From assembly GCF_000737315.1 (NCBI RefSeq), contig NZ_JMCB01000006.1, forward strand, positions 930,001 through 994,000: a stretch of 64,000 bases of DNA. The letters run 5' to 3'. This document shows positions 1 to 9,600 of the stretch, in pieces. Every line of letters begins with the position of its first letter. The first letter of the stretch is position 1. Below the pieces are notes generated by a model that saw only the letters and a program-made list of their open reading frames with translations, was not told where the DNA came from and searched no databases. This DNA comes from Hyalangium minutum. GTDB lineage: Bacteria > Myxococcota > Myxococcia > Myxococcales > Myxococcaceae. Position numbers and translations under genes: made by a program.

Positions 1-232
1 GAACAATGACTTGGTGCTCGTGACGGCGTACACCGCCAAGGATGCGTGCACGTGCCTCTTCGTGATGGAGCGCGATGAGGCGTTCTGCCGCGCCTTCGTG
101 AAGGCCAGCCCGTCCGTGGCCCAGCTCACCATCGACAGGGAGCGCAAGGCGGTGGAGACCTCGGCGGTGCTCCTGTGGGGCGCCCGGGCGCGCTACGTGG
201 ACGCGCGCGACGGCTGCGTGCTGGAGCTCTGA
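1..232 (+). CDS. 3' end of a hypothetical protein (truncated by the window edge), resembling the N-terminal cap of beta-lactamase-like serine hydrolases
   Basis: Open frame from base 2 to TGA at 230-232 with high GC3. AYTAKDACTCLFV...ARYVDARDGCVL recalls the AKxxCSxxFV...YRxGxGCxL segment of such hydrolases. Confidence 0.6.
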   Translation, partial: NNDLVLVTAYTAKDACTCLFVMERDEAFCRAFVKASPSVAQLTIDRERKAVETSAVLLWGARARYVDARDGCVLEL

Positions 233-250
233 GCCTCCCGCGGGGCTGGG

Positions 251-2056
251 TCAGCTGCCCTTCCACAGCCCGTGGCGGCGGGCCCTGCGCCCCAGGGTGA
301 CAGCGTCCATGCCCAGCGCCACCGCCGCGCGCCGCAGCACGCCGTCGTGCTGCTCCAGCGCCTCGCGGATCAGCTCCCGCTCCATGTGCTCCATCCGCGC
401 CTTCAGCGAGCCTCCTGTCCCCGTGTTCCCGGCTCGCGCGCCCACCAGGCTGGGAGGCAGCAGCCGCCGCGTCACCATCTCCCCCGGCTTGGACAGCAGC
501 GCCGCGCGCTCCATCACGTTGCGCAGCTCGCGCGCGTTGCCCGGCCACGCGTACGCCACCAGCGCCTCCTCCGCATCCGCCGCGATGCCGCTCGCCGAGC
601 GCTTCTGCGACCGGTTGAACAGCTCCAGGAAGTGCCGCGCCAGGGAGAGCACGTCCTCGGGCCGCTCCCGCAGCGGGGGCAAGTCGATGGTGAAGCTGTT
701 GAGCCGGTAGAAGAGGTCCGCACGGAACCGCCCAGCGCGGACCTCCTGGCCCAAGTCTCTGTTGCTCGCCGCCACCACGCGCACATCCACGTGGCGCACC
801 TGCGTGCCGCCCACCGGCCGCACATCCCCACCCTCCAGCACGCGCAGCAGCTTGGCCTGGAGGTTCGGCGTGGTGTTCTCGATTTCATCCAGGAAGATGG
901 TGCCGCCATCGGCCAGCACGAACAGGCCCGGATGGTCCGCCACCGCGCCCGTGAAGGCGCCCTTCACGTGGCCAAAGAGCTCGCTCTCCAGCAGCGTCTC
1001 CGTGAGCGCGCCGCAGTCCTGCACCACCAGCGGCACATCCTCGCGCCCGCTCAGCCGGTGGATGATGCGCGACAGCACCTCCTTGCCCGTGCCCGTCTCG
1101 CCCTGCAGCAGCACCGCCACCCGGTGGGGCGCCGCCACGCGCACCAGCTCCATCACCCGCTGCATCGCCGGGCTGGAGAACCCCGGGCCCTCGCCCGCCG
1201 CCGGAGCCGGAGCCCCAGGCGTCCCGCTCATCAGCGCGCGCTCGCGCAGCAGGTTGCGCTCCAGCTCCAGGCCCATGCGCCGCTGCTCGGTGCGCACGCC
1301 GTGCTCGCGCCCCGCGTCCAGCACCGCTTGCCGCACCTCCTCCACCCCAAACGAGGGCCCCAGCGTCCGGAACAGGCTCCCCGAGTTGAACAGCTCCAGG
1401 AGCCGCTCCGGTGCCGCGGGGGCGCAGTGGACGATGCGCGCGGCCAAATCACTCGGCGGCGCGGCCCCCGTGGCATCCACCTCGTCCATCCGTCGCGAGG
1501 CCAGCTGCTCCACCAGCGACAGCGCCCGCACCTCGTCCGTGCCTGCCACCAGCAGCACCGCCACGTCTCCGCGCGCCAGCAGCGCGTACACCTCCGCGGG
1601 CGTCTGCGCGAAGCCCAGCCGCGCGTGCCCCTCCAGCGCCGTGCGCAAGGTGCGCGCCTGTTCCTCCGTCGCGAACGCCACCGCCACGTGCAGCGCGCTC
1701 TCCACCAGGTAGCGCGCCAGGGTGACGCGATCCGAGCCCTCGAAGGACAGGAAGGCCAGGCCGAGCGCCGTCACGGTGCCGCCCTCGGCGCCCTCCGTGT
1801 CGTGCCGCCACCGCACCACTCCGCGCACCCGGATGCGCGCATGGGAGTCCGGCAGCGAGAACGCCATCTCCAGCTCCTCGCCCTCCCGAGGCCCCTCCGT
1901 CGCACCGCCCAGAGGACTGGCCACCAGGCCGATCCCCGTCTCGCTGATGTTGACCGACCAGCACCCGTGCAGCGCGGGCTGCGTCACCACCTGCACGTAC
2001 AGGGGCTTACGGGGACTGCGGTCCTTCAAGGGCAGGTCGCGGACGAGCTTCATCAT
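251..2056 (-). CDS. Sigma54-dependent enhancer-binding protein with N-terminal PilZ-like domain, pseudo-receiver, AAA+ and Fis HTH
   Basis: Walker A GETGTGKE, GAFTGA loop, FLDEIE, RADLFYRL, WPGNAREL and a C-terminal HTH. N-terminal DRSPR...NISETG is PilZ-like. Likely start is ATG 2056/2053 (the ORF track extends to TTG 2170). Confidence 0.92.
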   Translation of the reverse strand: MMKLVRDLPLKDRSPRKPLYVQVVTQPALHGCWSVNISETGIGLVASPLGGATEGPREGEELEMAFSLPDSHARIRVRGVVRWRHDTEGAEGGTVTALGLAFLSFEGSDRVTLARYLVESALHVAVAFATEEQARTLRTALEGHARLGFAQTPAEVYALLARGDVAVLLVAGTDEVRALSLVEQLASRRMDEVDATGAAPPSDLAARIVHCAPAAPERLLELFNSGSLFRTLGPSFGVEEVRQAVLDAGREHGVRTEQRRMGLELERNLLRERALMSGTPGAPAPAAGEGPGFSSPAMQRVMELVRVAAPHRVAVLLQGETGTGKEVLSRIIHRLSGREDVPLVVQDCGALTETLLESELFGHVKGAFTGAVADHPGLFVLADGGTIFLDEIENTTPNLQAKLLRVLEGGDVRPVGGTQVRHVDVRVVAASNRDLGQEVRAGRFRADLFYRLNSFTIDLPPLRERPEDVLSLARHFLELFNRSQKRSASGIAADAEEALVAYAWPGNARELRNVMERAALLSKPGEMVTRRLLPPSLVGARAGNTGTGGSLKARMEHMERELIREALEQHDGVLRRAAVALGMDAVTLGRRARRHGLWKGS

Positions 2057-2196
2057 TGAATTCCCATCCTTCAGAAGTGAAGTATGGACCCATTCCCCGG
2101 GAAATTCGAGCGCCTGTGCTGTTCGTATGCCTCCGGAGGCTTCAGGACTGAAGAGGGGTTCTGAAGCCAAACCCTCGTTTTCTCGTGGGTTGAGAG

Positions 2197-2213
2197 CTGG
2201 CCCGGCGCTTGCT
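2197..2213 (+). promoter_or_regulatory. Putative sigma54 -24/-12 promoter for the DUF2378 gene
   Basis: CTGGCCCGGCGCTTGCT: TGGC-N7-TTGCT with exact GG/GC spacing, divergent from an enhancer-binding protein gene. Confidence 0.6.
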
Positions 2214-2277
2214 CAAGGGAATGCACGGCAGCGGTTCGCGGCCTACCTCCATCAGGTCCCCACCGGAACTCATCTCA

Positions 2278-2904
2278 ATGCACGCACAACTCGAGTCAAT
2301 CAGACCGGTGATGGACCTGGACGTGGAGCGACAGCTCCGCCATCGGATGGCCATGGCCAGCCCCACGGATACGGTTCGCGGAATGTTCTTCAACGGGGCG
2401 CTCGAAGTCGCTCGCGCACTCGGTGGGAGCGAGGCCGCGGACCGCTGCCAGCAAATTGTGGGTGAGAAGCGCATCATCGATTTCTTCAACTACCCCGTGA
2501 CGGACCTTCTCCAACTGTCCTTGGAGATGATCCGGCTGGTGGGCGCTCACACGGGCGGTCACGCCGGAGTGCTGCGGCGCATGGGCACGCAGGCGGCGAA
2601 GGACTTTCTGGCCTCGTCGCCGGGCCGCACCATGCTGATGCTCACGGACAAGAACCCGCGCAGGGTGCTCAGCCAGCTGCCCGCCAGCTATCGCACGGTG
2701 GTGGGCTTCGGCGAGCGCAAGGTGAGCTGGTCCGCGGATGGCCGTACCGGCCTGTTCCTCGCCCAGCGTGACTTCATGCCGCCGGCGTACACCAAGGGCC
2801 TGCTCCAGGGCGTGCTCGAGGCGGTGGGTGCCAAGGGCGTCAATGTGAGCGGGCGTCCCACGGGGATGTTGGACAGCGAGTACGAAGTTTCCTGGGAGCG
2901 ATAG
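2278..2904 (+). CDS. DUF2378 (TIGR02265-type) myxobacterial protein
   Basis: TVRGMFFNGAL...FFNYPV...GRxFLASSPGRTML...LPASYRTVVGFGER...GLLQGVL pattern. Start is ATG 2278 or 2311. Confidence 0.85.
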   Translation: MHAQLESIRPVMDLDVERQLRHRMAMASPTDTVRGMFFNGALEVARALGGSEAADRCQQIVGEKRIIDFFNYPVTDLLQLSLEMIRLVGAHTGGHAGVLRRMGTQAAKDFLASSPGRTMLMLTDKNPRRVLSQLPASYRTVVGFGERKVSWSADGRTGLFLAQRDFMPPAYTKGLLQGVLEAVGAKGVNVSGRPTGMLDSEYEVSWER

Positions 2905-3022
2905 CACTCAACGGTTCGTGCGTTTTCCATGGCGCACGGGGAGCTCCCCCGTCAGAAGCACGTCGCCAGCCGGTGTCTCGGGGATGCGGCTGGGTGAAGG
3001 ACAAACCCCCCAAGGGGATGGG

Positions 3023-3244
3023 ATGAAGACGATGCGGCTCGATGAGGGGACGGTGCAGGCAGGCGAGGGCGGCGCGGCGCTGGTGATGCTGCCCGTCTGT
3101 GTTTGCGGCTCAGGCCTGGAGGCGCCTTCGGCCTCGGGTCCGGCGGCGCCGGTGCCCACCTGCCCCGCCTGTGGCGGGAGCCAGCTGAGGGCCTCGGCCC
3201 CCGAGCACCGGCACCTGCAGGATTTCTTGAGCGCCTTCGTCTGA
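3023..3244 (+). CDS. Small Cys4 zinc-ribbon-like protein (73 aa)
   Basis: Purine-rich AAGGGGATGGG before the ATG, strong GC3 codon bias, CVC...CPAC motif. Confidence 0.55.
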   Translation: MKTMRLDEGTVQAGEGGAALVMLPVCVCGSGLEAPSASGPAAPVPTCPACGGSQLRASAPEHRHLQDFLSAFV

Positions 3245-3630
3245 AGCGCGGGCGCTCGGCTTTCACGGCATAAGTTCGGATGACGGGTCTGTCCCCCTTG
3301 GCGGAGGATTGGGGTGGGGGACACTCCCGTCATCTTCTTTGCGGGCGCCGATGATTGATTGGCGCGCCCTATCACTGTCATCCAGACGTTGTCTTGGAGC
3401 CCTCGGGCAGCTGCGCCCTAGCGTTGCGCGCACCCATGAGGACTCGACCCATGCATCACGCCCGGCTGATCCGCGCTCATCCGTCCAGCTGTTTGGACTC
3501 AAACTGGGCGCTTTTTGACAGCGGGTGTGACTCCATTAAACTTTTATCACCGCCTCAATCCAGGGGGGCATCGCCTGGCTCCGTTCCTCACAGGAGCACT
3601 GGGCTCGGGTCTGTCGAGGACCCATCCAAC

Positions 3631-6600
3631 ATGAACCATTCCATTCGCTCGAAGCTCTCGAAGTGGGCCGTGCTCTTCGCCGGCGCGCTGCTGCTGGCGT
3701 GTTCCACGGAGCCGGCCTCCGCCAAGGGTGCCGCGGGCCCGCTGGGCGCGGCGGTGACATCGCTGGTTGCGGACGTGCCAACGGACCTGGCCGTCACGGT
3801 GACGGACGGCGTGACGACGGTCGCCCCGGGCAGCAACGTCACCTATACGATTGTGGTCACCAACAACGGTCCCAATACGGTGTCAGGGGCCACGCTGACA
3901 GACAACTTCCCCGCGGCGCTGATGGGGGTGAGCTGGACGTGCGCGCCGGCGGCGGCGTGCGGCACGACGAGCGGGACGGGCAACATCGCCGTCGTGCTGC
4001 AGTCGCTGGGCGTGGGCAGCTCGGCGACGTTCACGGTGACGGCGACGGTGAACCCCGCGGCGACGGGCACCACGATGACCAACACGGCCGTGGTGGCGTT
4101 GCCGACGGGATTCACGGATCCAGTTCCGGCCAACAACAGCGCTTCGGATACGGACACATTCAACCGCCGGGCAGACCTCTCGCTCACGCTCACCGACGCG
4201 CCGGACCCGGTGCAGGCGAGCGCGACGCTTACGTACACCCTCACCGTCAACAACGCGGGCCCGAGCAATGCGGCCACGACGACGGTGACGCTGACCCTGC
4301 CGTCGGGAGCGACCTATGTCAGCGGGACGGGTACGGGGTGGACGTGCACTCTGAGCGGTAGCACGGTGACGTGCACCCGGGCTTCGGCGGCGACGGGCGC
4401 GTCCCCCGCCATCACGGTGCTGGTGACGGCGCCGAATACGACCGGGACGATTGTCGCCACCGCCTCGGTGAGCAGCTCGACGACGGATCCCGTCACGGGC
4501 AACAACTCGACGCTGGCGACCACCACCGTCAATCGGGTCAACAACCCGCCGACGGCGAACAACGACACGTTGACGGTGGCTGAGGACAACCCCGCCACGG
4601 TGGTCAACGTGCTGAACAACGACACCAGCGCTCCGGACGTGGGCGAGACGCTGACGGTGATCTCGGTGACTCAGCCGGCCACGGGTGGCACGGTGACGCT
4701 CTCCAGCGGAGTGGTGCGTTTCACGCCCGCGCCCAACTTCAACGGGACTACGAGCTTCACGTACACCATCTCGGACGGCAACGGCGGCTTTGCGACGGCG
4801 ACGGTGAACGTGACGGTGACGCCGGTGAACGACCCGCCGACGGCGAACAACGACACGTTGACGGTGGCTGAGGACAGTGGCGCCACGGTGGTGGATGTGC
4901 TGGCCAACGACACGATTTTTCCGGACGTGGGTGAGACGCTGACGGTGGTCTCGGTGACCCAGCCGACCACGGGCGGTACGGTGTCGCTGGTAGGCGGCGT
5001 GGTGAGCTTCACCCCTGCGCCCAACTTCAACGGGACTACGAGCTTTACGTACACCATCTCGGACGGCGCTCTGATGGCCACGGCGACGGTGTCGGTGACG
5101 GTGACGCCGGTGAACGACCCGCCGACGGCGAACGACGACACGCTGACGGTGGCCGAGGACAGCGGCACCACGGTGGTCAACGTGCTGGCCAATGACTCGA
5201 TTTTTCCGGACGTAGGCGAAACGCTGACGGTGACGGCGGTGACTCAGCCCACCACGGGTGGCACGGTGTCGCTGAATGGCGGCGTGGTGCGCTTCACGCC
5301 CGCGCCCGACTTCAACGGCACGGTGACGTTCACATACACCATCTCGGACGGCGCCTTGACGTCCACGGCGACGGTGACGGTGACGGTGACGCCGGTGAAC
5401 GACGCGCCGACGGCGAACAACGACACGCTGACGGTGGCCGAGGACAGCGGCGCCACGGTGGTCAACGTGCTGGCCAACGACTCCAGCGCGCCGGACACGG
5501 GCGAGACGCTGACGATCGACTCGGTGACTCAGCCGACCACGGGCGGCACGGTGACGCTGAGCAACGGCACGGTGAGCTTCACTCCCGCGCCCGATTTCAG
5601 CGGGACCACGAGCTTCACGTACACGATCTCAGACGGCAACGGCGGCTTTGCGACGGCCACAGTGAACGTGACGGTGACGCCGGTGAATGACCCTCCGACG
5701 GCGAATGACGACACGCTGACGGTGGCCGAGGACAGCGGCGCCACGGTGGTCAACGTGTTGGTCAACGACACCAGCGCGCCGGACGTGGGCGAGACGCTGA
5801 CCGTGGTCTCGGTGACTCAGCCGGCCACGGGCGGCACGGTGACGTTGAGCAGCGGCGTGGTGACCTTCACCCCGGCGCCCAACTTCAACGGGACCACGAG
5901 CTTCAACTACACGATCACGGATGGCAACGGCGGTACGGACACCGCGACGGTGAACGTGACGGTGACGCCGGTGAACGACCCGCCGACGGCGAACAACGAC
6001 ACGCTGACGGTGGCCGAGGACAGCGGCGCCACGGTGGTGGATGTGCTGGCCAACGACACGTTTGCCCCGGACGTGGGTGAGACGCTGACGGTGACGGCGG
6101 TGACTCAGCCGGCCACGGGCGGCACGGTGGACCTGACGAACGGCACGGTGACCTTCACCCCGGCGCCGGACTTCAACGGCACGGTGACGTTCAGCTACAC
6201 AGTGTCGGATGGCAACGGGGGCACGGCCACGGCGACGGTGTCGGTGACGGTGACGGCGGTGAACGACCCGCCCACGGCCGTGGATGACGCATTCACCGTT
6301 CCGCGCAATAGCACCAACAACGTCCTGAATGTGCTGGCCAACGATACGATTTTTCCGGACGTGGGCGAGACGCTGACGGTGACGGCGGTGACCCAGCCGG
6401 CCAGCGGCACCGTGACGCTGACGGGCGGTGTGGTGAGCTACACCCCTCTCGCAGCCTTCATCGGGGACGTGACGTTCAGCTACACGGTGTCGGATGGCAC
6501 GTTGACGGCGACGGCGACGGTGACGGTGACGGTCTTCGGAACCAACATCCCGCCGACGGCGAACAACGACTCACTGACGGTGGCCGAGGACAGTGGCCCC

Positions 6601-9600
6601 ACGGTGGTGGATGTGCTGGCCAACGACACGATCGCACCCGATGTGGGTGAGACGCTGACGGTGACGGCGGTGACGCAGCCCACCTCGGGCGGCACGGTGA
6701 CGCTGGTGGGTGGCGTGGTGAGCTTTACCCCGGCAGCCGACTTCTTCGGCACGGTGACGTTCACGTACACGGTGTCCGACGGCAGCGGCGGCACGGACAT
6801 CGCGACGGTGACGGTGACGGTGACGCCGGTGAATGACCCGCCGAAGGCCAACGACGACACGCTGACCGTGGCGGAGGACAGCGGCGCCACCGTGGTGAAC
6901 GTGCTCGCCAACGACTTGTTCTCGCCGGACACGGGCGAGACGCTGACGGTCACGGCGGTGACGCAGCCCACCTCGGGCGGCACGGTGACACTGGCGGGGG
7001 GCGTGGTGAGCTTCACCCCGGCGGCCGACTTCAATGGCACGGTGACGTTCACGTACACGATCTCCGATGGCAACGGGGGCACGGCGACGGCGACGGTGAC
7101 GGTGACGGTGACGCCGGTGAATGACCCGCCGACGGCGAACAACGACGCACTGACGGTGGCCGAGGACAGCGGCGCCACGGTGGTGGACGTGCTGGCCAAC
7201 GACACGTTTGCCCCGGACATGGGCGAGACGCTGACGGTGACGGCGGTGACCCAGCCCACGACGGGTGGCTCGGTGACGCTCTCCGGAGGCACGGTGAGCT
7301 TCACGCCCGCGCTCAACTTCACCGGAACCACGACGTTCACGTACACCATCTCGGACGGCAACGGGGGTACGGCCACGGCGACGGTGACGGTGACGGTGAC
7401 GCCCGTGAACGATCCGCCGGACGCGGTGAATGACGCGATCACGGTGGGCGAGGACAGCACGGCCACGGTGGTGAACGTGCTGGCCAACGACACCTCTGCC
7501 CCGGACGTGGGCGAGACGCTGACGGTGGTCTCGGTGACTCAGCCAGCCACGGGCGGCACGGTGACGCTGAGCAGCGGCACGGTCATCTTCACCCCGGCCC
7601 CCGACTACTTCGGCACCACGACGTTCACGTACACGATCTCCGATGGCAACGGCGGTACGGACACCGCGACGGTGACGGTGACGGTGACGCCCGTGAACGA
7701 TCCGCCCACCGCCGCCAACGACACGTTGACGGTGGCCGAGGACAGCGGCGCCACGGTGGTGGACGTGCTGGGCAATGACTCGAGCGCTCCGGACGTGGGC
7801 GAGACGCTGACGGTGACGGCGGTGACGCAGCCGGTCTCGGGCGGCACGGTGACGCTGGTGGGCGGCGTGGTGAGCTTCACCCCGGCGCCCAACTTCAACG
7901 GGACCGTGACGTTCAGCTACACGTTGTCGGACGACAACGGTGGCACGGCGACGGCGACGGTGACGGTGACGGTGACGCCGGTGAACGATCCGCCGGACGC
8001 GGTGAACGACGCGATCACGGTGGGCGAGGACAGCGGCGCCACAGTGGTCAACGTGCTGGCCAACGACTCGAGTGCGCCGGACACGGGCGAGACGCTGACG
8101 GTGACGGCAGTGACTCAGCCGGCCACGGGTGGCACGGTGACGCTGAGCAGCGGCACGGTCATCTTCACCCCCGAGCCCGACTTCAATGGCACGGCGACGT
8201 TCACGTACACGATCTCCGACGGCAACGGCGGCACGGCGACGGCGACGGTGACGGTGACAGTGACGCCGGTGAACGATCCGCCTACCGCGGTGAATGACAC
8301 CTTCACCGTGGCGGAGGACAGCCCGGGCACCGTGCTGGACGTGCTGAGCAACGACACGTTTGCCCCGGATGTGGGCGAGACGCTGACGGTGACGGCAGTG
8401 ACGCAGCCGGCCACGGGTGGCACGGTGACGCTGAGCAACGGCACGGTCATCTTCACCCCGGCGCCGGACTTCGTGGGCACCACGACGTTCACGTACACGA
8501 TCTCGGACGGCAATGGCGGCACGTCGACGGCCACCGTGACGGTGGTCGCGACGGGGGTGAATGATCCGCCCACGGCGAACAACGACGCGCTGACGGTGGC
8601 CGAGGACAGTGGCCCCAATCCCCTCGATGTGCTGGTCAACGACTCGATTTTCCCGGACGTGGGCGAGACGCTGACGGTGACGGCAGTGACGCAGCCGGCC
8701 ACGGGTGGCACGGTGACGCTGAGCAACGGCACGGTCATCTTCACTCCGGCGCCGGACTTCAACGGCACGGTGACGTTCACGTACACGGTGTCGGACGGCA
8801 ACGGGGGCACGGCGACGGCGACGGTGACGGTGACGGTGACGCCGGTGAACGATCCGCCCACCGCGGTGAATGACTCCTTCACTGTGGCCGAGGACAGCTC
8901 GGGCAACGTGCTGGACGTGCTGGCCAATGACTCGATTGCGCCGGACACGGGCGAGACGCTCACGGTGACGGCGGTGACGCAGCCCTCCTCGGGCGGCACG
9001 GTGACGCTGAGCAACGGCACGGTGACCTTCACCCCGGCGCCGGACTTCAACGGCACGGTGACGTTCAGCTACACGGTGTCGGACGGCAATGGCGACACGG
9101 CGACGGCCACTGTGACGGTGACAGTGACGCCGGTGAGCGATCCGCCCATCGCGGTGAACGACACCTTCTCCGTCGCGGAGGACAGCGACCCCACGGTGCT
9201 GGACGTGCTGGCCAACGACGCGTCGCCGGATCCGGGCGAGACGCTGACGGTGACGGCGGTGACGCAGCCCACCTCGGGCGGCACGGTGGCGCTGACCAAC
9301 GGCCAGGTGATCTTCACGCCGGATCCCAACTTCAACGGCACGGTGACGTTCACGTACACGGTGTCCGACGGCACCTCGACGTCGACGGCGACCGTGACGG
9401 TGAATGTGACGCCGACGAACGACCCGCCGACGGGCATGCCGGACACCTACTCGGTGCCCGTCAACAGTGGCGCGACCACCTTCGACGTGCTGGCCAATGA
9501 CTCGAGTGCGCCGGACACGGGCGAGACGCTCACGGTGACGGCCGTCACTCAGCCGACCTCTTCGGGCGGCACGGTCACAGTGGCGCCGAATGGCTCGGGC

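Noticed and set aside
2908-3381. 157-aa minus-strand ORF
   Set aside because: It overlaps the better supported plus-strand Cys4 ORF and lacks codon bias.
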